Source of the DNA: the human T2T-CHM13v2.0 reference genome, Homo sapiens | Strand: one strand, 5' to 3' | Assembly (NCBI RefSeq): GCF_009914755.1 | Contig: NC_060947.1 | DNA: 64,000 nt | Part shown: piece by piece, positions 10,725 to 31,890 of the stretch | Layout: every line of letters begins with the position of its first letter | Numbering within the stretch: position 1 is the first letter of the stretch | Position numbers and translations under genes: made by a program | Notes under the pieces: model-generated | What the model was told of the DNA's origin: nothing | Databases searched by the model: none | Seen by the model: only the letters and a program-made list of their open reading frames with translations

Positions 10725-13700
10725 TATTTGTTTGAGCTCCTAGTATATTCTGGTTATTATTCTCTTGTCAGACGGATAGTTTGTAAATATTTTCTCCCAT
10801 TCAGTGCATTGTTTCTCTACTTCATCGATTGTTTTCTTTGCTGTGCAGAAGCTTTTTACCTTGATGTAACACCGTTTGTGTATTTTTACTTTGGTTGCCT
10901 GTGATTTTGCAGTCTTACTCAAAAAATCTTTACTCAGACCAATGTTCCAGAGGATTTTCCCAAAGTTCTCTTGTAGCAGTTTCATAGTTTCATGTCTTGT
11001 ATTTAATTCTTCAGTCCATTTTTATTTAATTTTTGTATATGGTGAGACATAGGGTTCTGGTTTTATTTTTCTGCATATGGTTTTCTGAGCCCCATTTATT
11101 GAAGAGATTGTCCTTTTCCCATTGAATGCTCCCGGTATCTCTGTCTAAAGTAAGTGGGCTGTAAATGTGTGGATTTATATTTGGTTTTTCTTTTCTGTTT
11201 CATTGGTCTATATGTCAATTTTTAGGGCAATACCATGCTGATTTTATTACTACAGCTTTGTAATGTATTTTGGAGCCAGATCATGTGATGCTTCCTGCTT
11301 TGTTTGTTTATTTATTAGCTCAAGAGTACGTTGTCTGTTAGGGGTCTTTTGTGGTTCCATATAAATTTTAGGATTACTTTCTTCTACATCTGTGAAAAAT
11401 GTTATTGGCATTTTGATAGGGAATGTGTTGGATCTGTAAATTGCTTTGGGTATTATTGACATTTAAAAAATATTAGATTTTTAAAATCCATGAACATGGA
11501 GTATCTTTTTCTTGTGTGTGTTTTCTTCAATTTCTTTCATCAATGTTTTATACATTTTGTATAAACATTTCACTTCTTTGATTATATTCATTCCTAGTTA
11601 TTATATATTTTTGTAGGTATTACAAATGTGATTACATTCTTGATTTCTTCTTCAGATTGTTTGCTACTGGCATTTACAAGTGCTGCTGAATTTTGTATGT
11701 TGACTTTGTAACCTGCAACTTTACAGAATTCATCTCAGTTGTATCAGGTTTTTGGTGAATTGTTTAGGGCTTTCTAAATGTATTATCATATCTGTGAATA
11801 AAGCTAATTTAACTTATTCCTTTCCAATATGGATGTTCTTTATTTCTTTCTCCTGCCCAATTGCTCTGGCCAGGACCTCCATATAATAATTAATAAATGT
11901 GGTAAAAGTGAGCATTCTTTTCTTGTTCCAGATCTTAGAGAAAAGGGTGCCAACTTTTCCTCATTCAGTGTGATGTGGGCTCGGTTTTTCTTAGTGGCCT
12001 TTATTATTTTGAGGTGTGTTTCTTGTATACCCAGTTTATTGATGGTTTTATTTCATAAAGCGATGTTACATTTTATCAAATGCTTTTTCAGCATCTATTG
12101 AAATGATCACGTGGCTTCTGTTCCTGGTTCTGTAAATGTATTGTATCATTTTTATTCATTTGCATGTGTTGAACCATCCTTGAATCCCTGAGATGAATCC
12201 CACCCAATTGTGGTGAATGATCTTTTAAATGTCTTTTTGTTGTTGTGTCTTTGTCTGATTTTGGTATCAGGTTAATGCTGGCTTTGTAGAATGAGTTTGG
12301 ATTTGTTCTCTCCTCTTCAAATTTTTGAAAAATTTGATGAGAGTTGGTATTAGTTATTTAAATATTTGATAGAATTTAGCAGTGAAGCCATCAGATCCTA
12401 GGCTTTTCATTGATGAGAGAATTTTAATTATGACTTTGATTTCATTACTCATTATTGGTTCCTTGAAGCTTTCTATTTCTTCATGGTTCAATCTTGGTAA
12501 ATTACATGTGTCTAGGAATTTACCTATTTCTTTTAGGTTTTCCATTTGTTGGCATATGGTTATTTTTAATAGTCTGTAATGATTCTTTGTATTTCTGGGG
12601 TCTCAAGTGTTATGTCTGCTTTTTCATTTATCATTTTATTTATCTGAGTCTTCTCTCTGTTTTTCTTAGTCTAGCTAAAGGTTTGTCAATTTTGTCTATC
12701 TTTTTTAAAAAATGACTTTGTTTGTTGATTTTCTGTATTGTTTTTAGTTTCAATTTCATTTAGTGCTGTTCTGTTCTTTACCGTTTCTTTCCTTCTACTA
12801 CTAATTTTGGATTGGTTTGTTTTTGCTTTTGTACTTCCCTGAGGTCCATGGTTAGGTTATATTTTTGAAGTACTTTTTTTTTTTGGTGTAGGCATTTATT
12901 GCTGTAAACGTCTCTCTTAGTACTGCTTTTGTTGTTTCCCATGGATTTTGAGATGTTATATTCTCCTTTTCATTGGATTAAAGAAATTTTAAAATTTTCT
13001 TCTTAATTTTTTTTCATGAACTCATTGGTCATTCTGGAGCATGTTTCAAAATTCTCATGTTTTTGTATAATTTCTGAGATCTCTCTTGTAAATAATTTCT
13101 AGTTTGTTTTCATTGTGGTCAGAAATGATATAATGATATAAATTCTACTTTGTTGGATTTCTTGAGACTTGTCTATCTTAAGCCACATGGAGAATGTTTC
13201 ATATGATGATAAAAAGAAAATGTATTCTTCACCAATGGTGTGAAATATTCTGCAAATGTCACTTAGGCCTATGTCTATTGTGTAGTTTAACACTGAGGTT
13301 TCTTTGTTGATTTTCTGTCTGGACAATCTATGCATTAATGAGTGGGGTGTGAAAGTATCATACTATCATTGTATTGTAGTCTGTCTCTCCTTTTAGAGCT
13401 ATTAATGTTGACTTTGTATATGTGGGTGCTCTGCTCTCAGGTGCATGGACATTTATACTTGTCATATTCTCCTGCTGAATTGACTTTATATGGTGACTTT
13501 CCTCATCTCTTTGTAGAGTCTTTGACTTGCAGTATGTTTTATTTGATATGAATATAGATACATTTCCTCTTTTTTAGCTTCCACTTGCATGGAGTATCTT
13601 TTCCAATCCCTTCACATTCCAACTATGTGTGTCTTTACATGTAATATGAGCATCTTGTAGGCAGCAGATAATTGGATCTTGTTTTTTTATCCATTCAAGG

Positions 13701-16005
13701 CACTTCATGTCTTTTAATTGGAGAAGTGAGTTTGTTTACATTTATTGTTACCTTAATAAGTAAGGACTTACTACTGTCATTTTGTTGCTTGTTTTCTGGT
13801 TGTTTTGTAACTCATGTCTTTTCTTTCTTTTTTTACTGTATTTCTTAGTGGTTATTTTCGGAGGTAGTATGTTTTAATTTGTTTCCTTTTATTTTTAGAG
13901 TATCTATTACAGGTTTTCACATTTAGTTACCATGAGGTTTACAAAACACATCATACAGATAAAACAAGTTATTTTTAAAAGGTGGTGACTTACCTTAGAT
14001 CACAAAAATAGAATAGAAACAACGAAAAAACTAAAAATTAAAACTCTACAATTTAACTTCATCTAACCCATTTTGACATTTCTTTGTCTCAATTTACATA
14101 TTTTAGTATTGCCCATCTCTTAGTAGGTTACTGTAGCAATTATTAGCTTTGATACATTTGTCTTTTAACCTTTATACTAGAGTTTTGAGTGAAATATACA
14201 GCACAGTTAGAGAATTAGAGTGTTTTACAGTTGTATACTTAATTTTACCAGTGGGATTTATACCTTCAAATGTTTTCTTTCTGTACATTGGCATTTCTTC
14301 TTTTTAGACAGAAAAATTCCTTTTAGTCCTTCTTGTAAGACAAGTCTGGTGGTGCTTAATTCTCTCAACTTGAAGGATAGCTCTGCAGCATACAGGATTC
14401 TTGGATGGCAGTTTTTTTGTCTTTCAGTACTTTGAAAATATGCTCCTGCTTTCTAATGATTTCTATGGTTTCCATTGAGAAGTCTATTGCTGGATGAATT
14501 GAAGAACTTTTACATGTTATTTACTTCTTTTGTTGCTTTTAGGATCCTCTTTTTGTGCTTGAATATTGAGAGTTTGATTATTATATTCCCTGGAGTAATC
14601 TTATTTGGGTCAATCTGTTTGGTGTTCTCTTACATTCCTATAGGTGGAAATTTACATATTTCTCTAGTTTTGGAAAGTTTTCTGTTATTATTTCTTTGAA
14701 TAAGATTTCTTCCTCTTCCTCTAGCTCAATTCTTTCATGAACACCAGTAATTCTTAGATTTGGTCTTTTGAAATAATTTTCTTTATTTCATAGGTGATCT
14801 TTAATTCTTTTTTTTTTGTCCTCAAGACTGTATTTTCAAATAGGTTGTTTTAGCTCACTGATTCTTTCCTCTGCTTGATCCATTCTGCAGTTAAGAGCTT
14901 CTAATGAATTTTTCAATTCAGCAAATGTATTCCTTACTTCCAAGATTTATTTAATTTTAAAAAATTATTTCAATCTCTTTGTCAAATTTCTCTCATAAGT
15001 GTCTGAATTGCTTTTCTGTGTTACCTTGGAGATCAAATTTCCTTCAAACTGCTATTTTGAATTTTTGGTCAGAGAGCTCAGTATTAACATGTCATTAAGG
15101 TCCATCACTGGATACTTGTTTTGACCGTTTGGGGAAGTCATGCTATCTTGTTTTCTATTGTTCCTAGTGAATGTATGTTTATTTATTCACATTGACAGAT
15201 TAGTTTTTTTATGCCAGTCTTCTCTGTCTGGCTTGTTTTGTTTTCTATTGCATTTGTTTTTTTTGCTAGAGTTTTTTATAATTTTTGAATTTCTTCCTCC
15301 CACTCCCCTGCCCCACTGGCTTGCTGCCTTTTTGTTTGTCACTAGATGGTACCTTAAGCCATGGTTTGCTTAAGGTTTAGTAACAGATCCTAGCACTGTT
15401 TATCCCCAAAGGTGGAGGTCTTAAATGGGATGCAAGATAGTGTGGGAAAGCTGACTAAGGGGTTGTGCCCAGGGGCCCTGTGGAATGAACAACTAACAGC
15501 ATGGTGCTGCTGAACAGCCACTCTGAATGAGGTCCTTTTTGGCTGAGTTACAGAGCAGAGTTCTCAGGGCTGTGGGTGATAAAGTCCCACTTCCACCCTT
15601 GTGCCTGGCTGTCCTCAGGGATATTTCTCCCTGTGGGCATTTGTGATGCTTCCCGTGGTTTAAGGCAGGATCAGGTCTCCTGCCAAGGAACTCAAGATGG
15701 TGGAGAAGCTGTTTGTCCACCTTGATCTCAGATATTCCAGTGTAGAACACATAAGTTTGGGGAAAATTTTCTGCATTCTTGGTGCAGGGCAGATTGAGGT
15801 TTGTGTGTTTCAGATGCAGAAATCTAATTCTCTTATCTGTTTGGATTTTTTTCATTTCTCTCTGTCCCTGGAGCTGCCTAATCTTCATATTTGAGTTATG
15901 GGATATTGCTGGCAACAATCTCGGCACTGTATGTTTGATTTTGGTTTACTCAGGGAGGGTAGGTGAGTTAAACCAGGTTGCTTTTATACTGCCATTTTTT
16001 TGGAA
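9540..16005 (-). mobile_element. Old near-full-length L1 (L1M/L1MA-like), heavily degenerate
   Basis: Minus-strand ORF2-like fragments at 9546, 10740, 11250, 12354 and 13099, an ORF1-like region at ~14300-15200, and a GC-richer 5' part ending gccattttt at ~15990-16000. Confidence 0.82.
10110..10657 (-). mobile_element. L1PB-type 3'-end insertion nested in the older L1
   Basis: T-rich tail then an L1PB-style 3'UTR. TSD catttgcccat at 10099-10109 and 10658-10668. Confidence 0.88.
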
Positions 16006-17514
16006 CTGGAAGATCATCTTTTTGTGTTCTGTTGATCTGGTAACCAAGAAGGCTGCTAAGTGACTAACGGGCAAGTAGCTTGTCAGATGTTATAGGGCTG
16101 ATTACCTTAGAGCCATATAGTTCATTTTTTCTTTAAGTGTGCTGAATGCTACTCCTGTGCTAATTTGCTTTGTGCCTGTCTCTGTCCCTAAATCATGTGA
16201 AACTGCTTTTCCTGGATTATCTATCTTGCACTATCATTGCTCTCTGTTACAGGATGCTGCAAGAGTTTTTGCTAACAAATTGCTTCTTGTGTTCTATACA
16301 GAAATAGTCCTGGAGTCATGAGCACCACTCACACATTCAACTTCTCTGTAACAATGCCCACTGATGCCCTATTAATCAACATTTGCAATGTGATGGCAAA
16401 GGAACAGATGTCAAATTAATTTGCAAAAGTTCCTCCAGGTGACAAAGGAGGGGTTTGTTTTCTTTCAAGATCATCTCCTGGCCCTGTGTGGTCCCCCAGC
16501 TCTACACCTTGCATGAGAGAAAACCTTCCATGGGTCTCACTCTTGCAACAGGTAGATCAGATACACCCACTGGTGAGGTCTGCAGGACAGTTTCCTCCAT
16601 GCCTCCCTAGGGACCAGAATCAGGAGATTAAGGTCCAGATTGTGAGGGCAAACTGCCCTTCATGAATGAACACTCAGTGTACCAAAACCTCATTGATGAT
16701 TCTAAGGGTAGCCAATGTTCCCCTGAGCTCTGATTTACAGACAACTGAAAGCCTTTGGGAGAAAGGTAGGCTATCACAGATGACAAAAATGTTGAAACAC
16801 AGAGGCCTATGGGAGAACTTTGGGTGAGAATTTTAAAGGTACCGTGGGACTGTCCCTCATAAGTTCTCACTTAGGCACATTGTCACTGCCTCATACTGAC
16901 CATGTCTAGCTCTTCCCTATTTGCAAGTTAGAGAGAAAGAAGATCTCCTGCCACCATGGTCTTGGCAATTCTCATATCATGACCTCCCAAGAGAAATGAC
17001 TGAAATCGATAGTTTGTTTCTAGTTTTGAGGAGGCTGTTTTGCTGTGCTGAAGTAAAAGAGGGGAAAGCAGCTCCCACCTGTGGACCGGTGGACATTCCC
17101 TGCTTATCTGCCTATGCACACTTGCACCATCCTCTAGCTGTCTGCTCCTTCCAGATCTGTCTGCTCCTGGTTTGCATGCCTGTTCGTGGGGGTCTCCAGG
17201 GCTACCTTTCCCAGAATGACTCTGCTTTGTGTTCAAAAGGAACAATACTGCCCATCAGGATTAGGACAGGCCAGAAACCTAGAAAGATTTCTAGAAAGAG
17301 GCTCTAACTGGAGCAGAAGTGGGGATCAAGGGATGGAAGGAAAGGGCTTTTCTCAAGGACAGAAGTAACAGCCAGGGTATCAACCACTTTTCTATAAATG
17401 TGTGCATATATGTGTGCACACACATATACACCTATAGATCAGCTCTAGCTGCTGTAGGGGTAGGCCATGCTGTGTGTCTTGTATTTTTTCAAGCAAATAT
17501 CACAGTGAGGGACA

Positions 17515-17695
17515 AGTTTCTGTCTTTTTTCCTTCTCTTCACTTCTCTTCTTTCTTTCTTCACCTCTACCTCCTTCTTCTTCCTCCTTATCCCTCATTAC
17601 TTTCTTCTTCTTCATCATCATCTTTTTGTCTTCATCTTTTTTCTCTTCTTCTTCCTGTCTTCTTCCTCCTCTCTCCTTTGCTCTTCTCATTTTCT
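17515..17695. repeat. Pyrimidine-rich low-complexity tract, (CTT)n-like
   Basis: Almost pure C/T with degenerate cttcttc units. Confidence 0.9.
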
Positions 17696-18779
17696 GTTAA
17701 CAGCCCCAGTACTCTTCCAGTTATCCACATAGGATCTATTTCCAGCTGTCCCCACCCCTCCATATATCAATATTCAGCTAATCCTTGCAGAGACCCTCCT
17801 GCATCATGTCTCCTCTTTCCTATGGTTATCATTTCCCTGGAAGACTCTGAGTCTCCTACATTTGATCCAGTTTCCACGATTTCCCCAACCTCATGTGTTC
17901 CTAATATTTTTATTAAAGTAATCCTTGTAAACCTTCTGGTTCTTTGCATATATCAGCCAAGTTTTTCACAAGGCCCCAGTGGTAACTTATCACCTTTTAC
18001 TTTGAACTTCTTCTATGTCAATTCTGATCACAGTTATCATTTTCTCCTGCTATACTTTAAAGTATTCCTGGTTGGAGCTATGTATCCTTAGCCCACAGGC
18101 CAGAGGAAGGGGAACCAGGTCCCTTCAGGAAAGTGCATGGGGTATGCCTCTCTACCACCATTTCTTGACACCCAGGTGTAATCATACTTTCCCTATGGAA
18201 GTGCCTGGCACATAGAGAGTGCTCTTCCTGCTGCCTACACTCCTGCTAGACAGAACCCTGGCAAGGTCATCGTGAGGGCTGGGATCCACTTACAGCTTTG
18301 GCTCTAACCAGAGTCTGATATTGGGATGCCATTTCCTCACTCTGGTATACTCGTTTTTCCATCTATATTCTGATGAGGGTGAGGGGTGCTCTCAGACACC
18401 TGCAAATTAGCATCACACTCCCCTAGGCTCTCTAGCAAGATATTCTGGGAGAAAAACCTCTGAATCTTATTTCCAGCTACTGCTCAAGGAAGGGACTGTT
18501 TCCAAAGAAAATCACAGTCATAAATAAGGGAATTTTTTTGTGTGTGTCTTTTTTTCTTCTTTGTTCCTTTCCCTCTCTTTCTGTTAATGGCAGCCATCCC
18601 TTCACATCACTTAGAATCACTGAGAATCTTTCCTACCCTGGCTTACAAATTGTGCAGAATCCCTGTAGAGTAAGGTGCTCCTTTGTCTGTTTCCACTGTC
18701 TCTGACCTAATTCTTGACTGACTGGCCATTTACCTGATCTACATTAAAAGCGAGGAGAACTGTGTTCTCATCCCAGAAA

Positions 18780-19030
18780 AAAATGTATGACCCAGGCAGT
18801 TTGATTCACCTCTCTGAGATTCATGTCTTCATCTGTAAAATGAGGCACTTGATCATCCTTGGCTCCACCTGGAGGCAAGTTGGGGTCATAGAGAGAGCTC
18901 TGGCATGGTGATCCAGGGCCATGAACTCCAGTCACAGCTCTTCTACTAACCTAGCATTTGATTTAGTTCTAGTCCCTTTCCACTTCTGAGCCTCAGTTCC
19001 CCATCTAAACAGCCATGACTGACAATGGAT
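18780..19030 (+). mobile_element. MIR SINE relics (two fragments)
   Basis: Core-like motifs tgacccaggcagttt...ctctctgag...catctgtaaaatgagg and ttctgagcctcagttccccatct. Confidence 0.65.
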
Positions 19031-21359
19031 GAGTCCTAGACTCTTGCAAATGAAGAACTTAATCCCCCAATATGCCTGTGTGTTGATAAGGTCCATATCC
19101 TCTGATCTTGAGCAGATACAGCCTTTTCTTTTCCTCTGGATTGCTTCTTGAAAGTGGATGTAGTAAAAGCCCTTTCCTTTATGCTTGATACTTTATTTTC
19201 TCAGGTAAGCTCTCCATACCTTTGCCCTGGAGCCTGTATTTATGGATTTTTCATCAGCAAAGCCTATCAGTTAGTGTAATTAGCTTATTGTCAACTTCAA
19301 TCTTGGCCCTCTCCATGCACTGTCCCCCACCTACATCAGGTTCTCTCTTATCTTAACTTAGTGAGCAGAGCTCCTGGCTGCATCACCATAGCAACCAGCA
19401 GCTAGGGCAAATTAAGCCATGACAGAGTTATTAGACTCTTAAGCTTATTATAGAGTCCAGAATATTAGCTGGAGGAGAGAGGCTGAAAGAAAGAATCCAA
19501 GGCAGAACTTAGCTGCAAAAATGTGGGCAGCAGAGAAGCTGAATGCTTCAAACCATCTCCGACCTGGACATCATAGGAGCCATGGGCAGGGTGTCAACAC
19601 TTTGGCATGTGCACTCAGCCACCAGGCCAGAGGGAGAGGCACCAGGCCCATTCTCTTCTCAAGAAAATAATTCTGGACACCTCCCTGCCAACATGCTTCA
19701 AATGAAAGAATTTGTGTCTAGATTTTTAAATAGTGCCAATTACTGAACTCACCCTGAATCCTACTCCTAATCTGGTGACACATTTTTTTATCATTCAGCT
19801 TTACTCTACAAAATTTTCTTGCATGAAACAAAGGCCATTTTCTACTTGTTTGAAGCTCTCTTTTCCCAGTCAAGGCCCCTGCTGCCTTGGCCCGTGAGTT
19901 TGGCCTGTTAATCTCAAAAGTCTATTAATTACTGTAATTAGGATATTCAAATTACAATTCTCCCCCTCCTCCACATGGACAGCCACCCACCCTTCTTTTA
20001 TGCTCTTTTCATTTCATTCAGGAAGAAAAGCTCTTGGTAGGATTGCTGTAGCAACCTGCCACCAGGCAAATTAACCCATTGACACTGACATTCAATGCTG
20101 ATTATGGGTCTGGAAACCTGGATGGCTGAGCAAGATTGATGGAATTGAGACAAAGAGGCTCTCAGCTAGAGAGAAGGGGTATATGAGTAACTCAGAACTT
20201 CAGACAAAACCCCAACCCTAACTTTATCTTTGTCTCCGTGTGCTTCATGGAAGGAAAACAAGAGAGTGAGAATAAGGAAGGTTGTCCCCTATTAAAGATG
20301 AATGTCTGAATTGGACATTGGAGGGGCTTGTGCCCTTAGGCTAACTCTGCCCTAGCCACAAGCCCACACCTGGGAGCATTTCCTTTTCATTGAGTATCCA
20401 CAGTTCCTATAAAGTTACCTAGTTTATACTTAAGGTTCTCATAGTGCTTGGTGCTGAGCAATCCTGTAAGATACAGCACTACTAGTGAAAGCACAGTGAT
20501 ACTAACTTTGGAACATGAGCAAGTGAAATCTCCCTAACAAACTGGATTTTTTTTTTTTCTGGGAAATGACACTAATAAAAGGCTCTGCTATCTGCTTTAA
20601 GGCTCCCTGTTTGCAATCTACCTCGCATAGCTTCTGGGAATGCTGCTGTAAATGCTTAATGGAGGAGCTGTGGGAGGTGTTAATCACCAAAGGACCTAAG
20701 TATATTAGGCTATTCTTGCCTTCGAGAATTTCCCCCTGTCCCCACAGTGCACCCCTGTCTACATTCACAGGCTTCCACTCATTTACACTGGGAGAACAGT
20801 GCTCCTGGCCACATTGCCATAGCAACCAGAAGCCAGACAGAGTAGGAGGGTGAGCCAGACATTTGACAGCAAAGGTTACTGGAGTATCTATTGGAGAGTG
20901 GCTGACTCTTAGGAGGAAAATACCTTAAATCTCACTGCAAAAAAATTGGCCACTAGGACCTGCAGTGTTTCAACAAAGTCCCCTCCCATCTTCCATTCCT
21001 GTGCCTCCAGGTGAGGGGTAGTCAGAATGAATTTTGCTTTATGTGGAGGCCAAGGTCTGTGTTTTGCCCAGAATATGTGTCCTTTGCCTTGAAGCTGGGC
21101 ACGAGACCAGATACCTCTTCCTGCCCCACCTTGTTACCAAACTAACACGCACGAGTGGACATATGCTCCAAATGTGCATTTCCATGGCTGCATCCCTTGT
21201 GCCTAGAATAGTGTCAAGAATATGGTAGTGCAACCTCATGCACATCCTCTGTCTACTCACTCCATGTTAGACGTTGCAGTTCACATCTTATCCTCTGCAA
21301 ATCTCCTTCTACTACTGGAATACCCACAGTCTCAACTGATGACATTGAGAACATGAAAG

Positions 21360-22705
21360 TAAAGAAAAGCCTTAAAAAACTTCTCACCTCCCTGCATCTG
21401 TAACTAGATACTCTTCTTTGCCTCTTGCCACAATGGATAAACTCACTACACTCCTATCAAAACCCATTCCTACAGTTGGCCACTAGATTATACCCCTTCT
21501 TGACTATTCAGTGCATGATCCCAGCAATGCTTCCTGTGCTCTTTCCTACATCACCAATTTACCCTTCTCTACTGGATGATTCCCATCAGTACATAAACAT
21601 TCCACAAAGTCTCCCATGCAAAAAATAAAGACAAAACACCAAAAAAAACAACAACAAGAAAGAAACAAAACACCCCACCTTAACTGCACAACCCACTCCA
21701 TCTACTGCATCATCTATTTGCCCTGTACACAGAAGTTCCTCAAAAATCATTACCTGTTCTTGATTTCTTCACTTTCTCTACTCATGTTTTTTCTTGAACC
21801 CACCCCACTCAAGCTTTTGTCTCCACCACTCCATGGAAATAGCTCTTCTCAGGGTCCCCAAATAACCTGCATATTGCTAAACCTAGTGATCATTTATCAG
21901 TACTGGTCTTACTTGACTGAAAAGTAGAATTTGACAATTGATCACTTCTTCCTGCTAGTAATACTTTCCTCACTTATTTTACAGGACATTTCTGACTGTT
22001 GGTTGTGCTTCTGGTTCAGTGTCTGCTACTTTTCAGAGTCATGGGTAGTTACTCCTCCCTGCTTTGACTTCTTTGCATTGCAGTGCTCTAGGGTTGGCCT
22101 CTCAGACATGTTCTTGTCACCTATGCTCACTTGCTAAGAATCATACACAGTTCTATCCATGTCTTTGATCGTACCCACACATAACGGAATCACACATTAA
22201 TGTTTCAAGCTCAGTCCTCTCTCTGGACTCCAGGCTCATATTTCATTGTCTATTCAACATCACCACTTGGATCTCTGAAAGTCATTTTAAATTCAAATTC
22301 ACGATACACATAACTAAGTCCCTGATTCCCTTTCCATTGTATCCACTCCTCCCATAAATTTCCCCATCCTAGGAAATATTAACTCCATTCTTCCCCTTGT
22401 TCAGTCCAAAATCTTTGGAGACATTTTTGGATTCCTCTCACCCTCATCCCACATTCATGTATACTGTCATTTCTACCTTCAAAAGAGACTTGGAATTCCT
22501 TCACTTCTCATTCCCCTTCATATGTATCACTCTAGTAACAATGCGCTGCCATCTTTTACCTCTGTTATCATCATAGCTTCTAAATGGACCCTCCGTTACT
22601 GCCTTTCCCTCCTTACAGTCTCTCTTTGATGTACCAGACTGAGACTTTTCTGCAAGATTATGCCACTTCTCTGCTCAGAACTCTCCCATGGTTTCTTGTT
22701 GCACA
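21360..22705 (+). mobile_element. L2 LINE relic
   Basis: L2-typical C/T-rich phrases: ccactccatggaaatagctctt, atttgacaattgatcacttcttcct, tctattcaacatcaccacttggat, ctcagaactctcccatgg. Confidence 0.7.
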
Positions 22706-23754
22706 CATCCTATCACTTACCAAACAATAATATTTAATTAACTCTTTAATCTCAGTTCCTGTATTGGTATCTGTCCTGCAAAAGCCTCCACGTACACTAG
22801 CAATCTTTCTGTTTCTGAAAAACAACAAGCAGAGAAGTAAAAGGAACTGCCTTGGCCCTGGTACTGACAGGTGTGCTCTCCTGAAACCCAGAGGCAAGGC
22901 AGGGCTTCTTGTACCCATGGTCTAAAATGGGTGGAATGGTGAGGAAAGATCACACTGGTTGAGACCCTCTGCCTAAGGGCCTGGCCTCCAGAGGCTGGGA
23001 CAGCCATGCCTTGCAGAGTCCTACCCTGAACACTTACTTGTATGAACAACCTCAGTGGTGTCATGCCAATGGTCTCACAAAAACCAAGCCAGCAGATAAC
23101 TTCCACACTTACAGATGCTTACAGACTTGTTTCTTTCCCATAACTTTGCACACAGGTAATTGTATGATTATATATGTCAGGAGACATATTCTCTCCAAAA
23201 ACTATATGAAAGCTTGTGGGAGCCCATTTTGTTCCAATGCCCTGGAGTGTGGATTACAGAGACTAATATGGTGTTAGATGGCAGGTTTTATTCACACATG
23301 TGAGGATTTGTATGTACATACATGAAAGCACAAGCACACACATAGCAGATCCATTTGCACTCTTTGCTCTTTGAGTTGACCTGGTGTAAGACATTAGGAG
23401 TGGTGAGGACTGTGGTCAACTGCACAGGCGTTCATTTTCAAAATCATTAAAACTATTTATAGAACAAAGGAAACTTGTCTTCAAGATAAATCAGGCCATG
23501 ATGGGAGTTTTTCCACCACCTATTCAGTTAAAGGAACCTGGGGTCAGATAAGAGATGGCAGCGGCACAAAGGTTTTTTTACAACAAAGGCTGCAGCCAGC
23601 CCATACATCTCATCTTACATTCTTAGCACCACTTTCCCATTGCTTTCAAGGCAGGGGTCCTAATCCCCCCTCTGTTCTCACTATACTGTAAGAACTGACC
23701 AGTAGACCTAGACTATTAGCTTCAGAAGCTGTGGCTTGGAAAAACAATAGAATA

Positions 23755-23930
23755 GAGATGAGGAGTCTCAGTTTGAGTCCTGAGGCTTCCACTTTCATAC
23801 CTTTTCACCTCAGGTATTTCACTTTACTCCCGGAAGTCTTGGCTTCCCCACTTGTAAATGAGAGAACTAGGGTTGTGGGAAGACAGTATTATACTATATG
23901 TTCTCCAAAGGTCTCATGCAAATCTAACAT
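23755..23930 (+). mobile_element. MIR relic
   Basis: tttgagtcctg...cttccccacttgtaaatgaga...ctccaaaggtctc...tctaacattct. Confidence 0.55.
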
Positions 23931-24589
23931 TCTCAGTACCAGTAAAGCATTGTTTGATAGGAAACTCCCTATCAGGCCTGCAGAGCCTTGGCCATTCACC
24001 CTGCTAGAAGGTATTAGTCAAAACATTAGTTCTTTTTTAGCCAATTGATGGTGAGTAACCTAGGATTGTGGTTTTCAGAATGCAAACCACTTGGGCCTTG
24101 ACATAGATGGCTGAAGAAATTTACCCAAGCAAGAGATAGCATTAGCTCCTGGGCTAACATCTTCCTGGTTGGGGGACACCCCGACACCTGCCTTTGGTCA
24201 GTGAGACCATTACATGACTCACCTGCAGCAGTGTGCAGGTTAAAGGTAATGAGTTGAACTTGTAGCTTGCCCCTCTCTCACTACTCAAAATCCTTTCTTC
24301 TCTCTGGAGGAAGCTCAGTTTTCAGCAGAGGTGATGACAGAGAAACAGATTCCAGTTTGGGAAGTGTGAAAAAGCTGAAGGGGGCAGGGTATGTTGGTGG
24401 ATAGGATAGATAGGATACGGTAGGGTAGATCTCTGATAAATCCCACAAATTCTTTCCGGGAAATTTATCTACTGAGAATTTTTAACTCTCAAGTGTTTAG
24501 TTTGGTGACTTGTATTTTTCCTAGATAATCATTTCTTTAATCCAGGTTTTCAAAGGCCTTTACTTCACTCTTCTTTTTATTCTATTAAT

Positions 24590-25105
24590 TTCTTCTCTAA
24601 TGCCCTTTTCGCCATTGAGTATGCTGTTATCTGTGGGCTGTCTGTATACAGACTTTGTTGTCTTGAGGTAATTTCCTTTTTGTCTCAGTTTGTTTAGAGT
24701 TTTTATCATGAATGTGTTTAGAATTATTTCAAATGTATTTAGGCATCTACTGAAATGATTGTGTGATTGTGTTTTTTTTATTCCTTTATTCTGTTAATAT
24801 GGTATACCATATTGATAGATTTTTATATATTGAATTATCCTTTAATTCCAGGGATAAATCCCACTTGGCCATGGTGTATGACCTTATAAAGGTGTTCGTA
24901 GATTCAGTTTGCTAGTATTTTGTTGAGGATCTTCACATCTATGTTCTTCAGCAATATTAGCCTGTTATTGTCTTTTCTCATAATATCCTTGTCTGGCTTT
25001 GGTCTCAGGGTAATGCTAGAGTCATAAAAGTAGTATGAAAGTGTTCTCTTTTCTTCCATTTGTTCAAAGAATTTGAAAATGATTGGCATTAATTCATCTT
25101 TTTGG
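24590..25105 (-). mobile_element. Old L1M ORF2 fragment
   Basis: ORF 24904-25122 (SITLRPKPDKD...KILNKILAN) matches the ORF2p Z/RT region. Confidence 0.82.
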
Positions 25106-25249
25106 GGAAAAAATTCTCTCAATTGTTTGTATTAATCTTTCTGAAATGTATCTATAGCTCACATTTATTTTCATATTTGCCATTAGAAACATTTTGGTCT
25201 TTATTTAGGAGTTTGGTGATGGTTTTGCGACCAGGTCTATGCCATAGGA

Positions 25250-31890
<6,641 letters not shown>

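Noticed and set aside
17319-18091. 137-aa and 205-aa Ser/Phe/Leu-rich ORFs and an 81-aa Glu/Lys-rich antisense ORF
   Set aside because: By-products of the stop-poor pyrimidine tract, with no domain signature.
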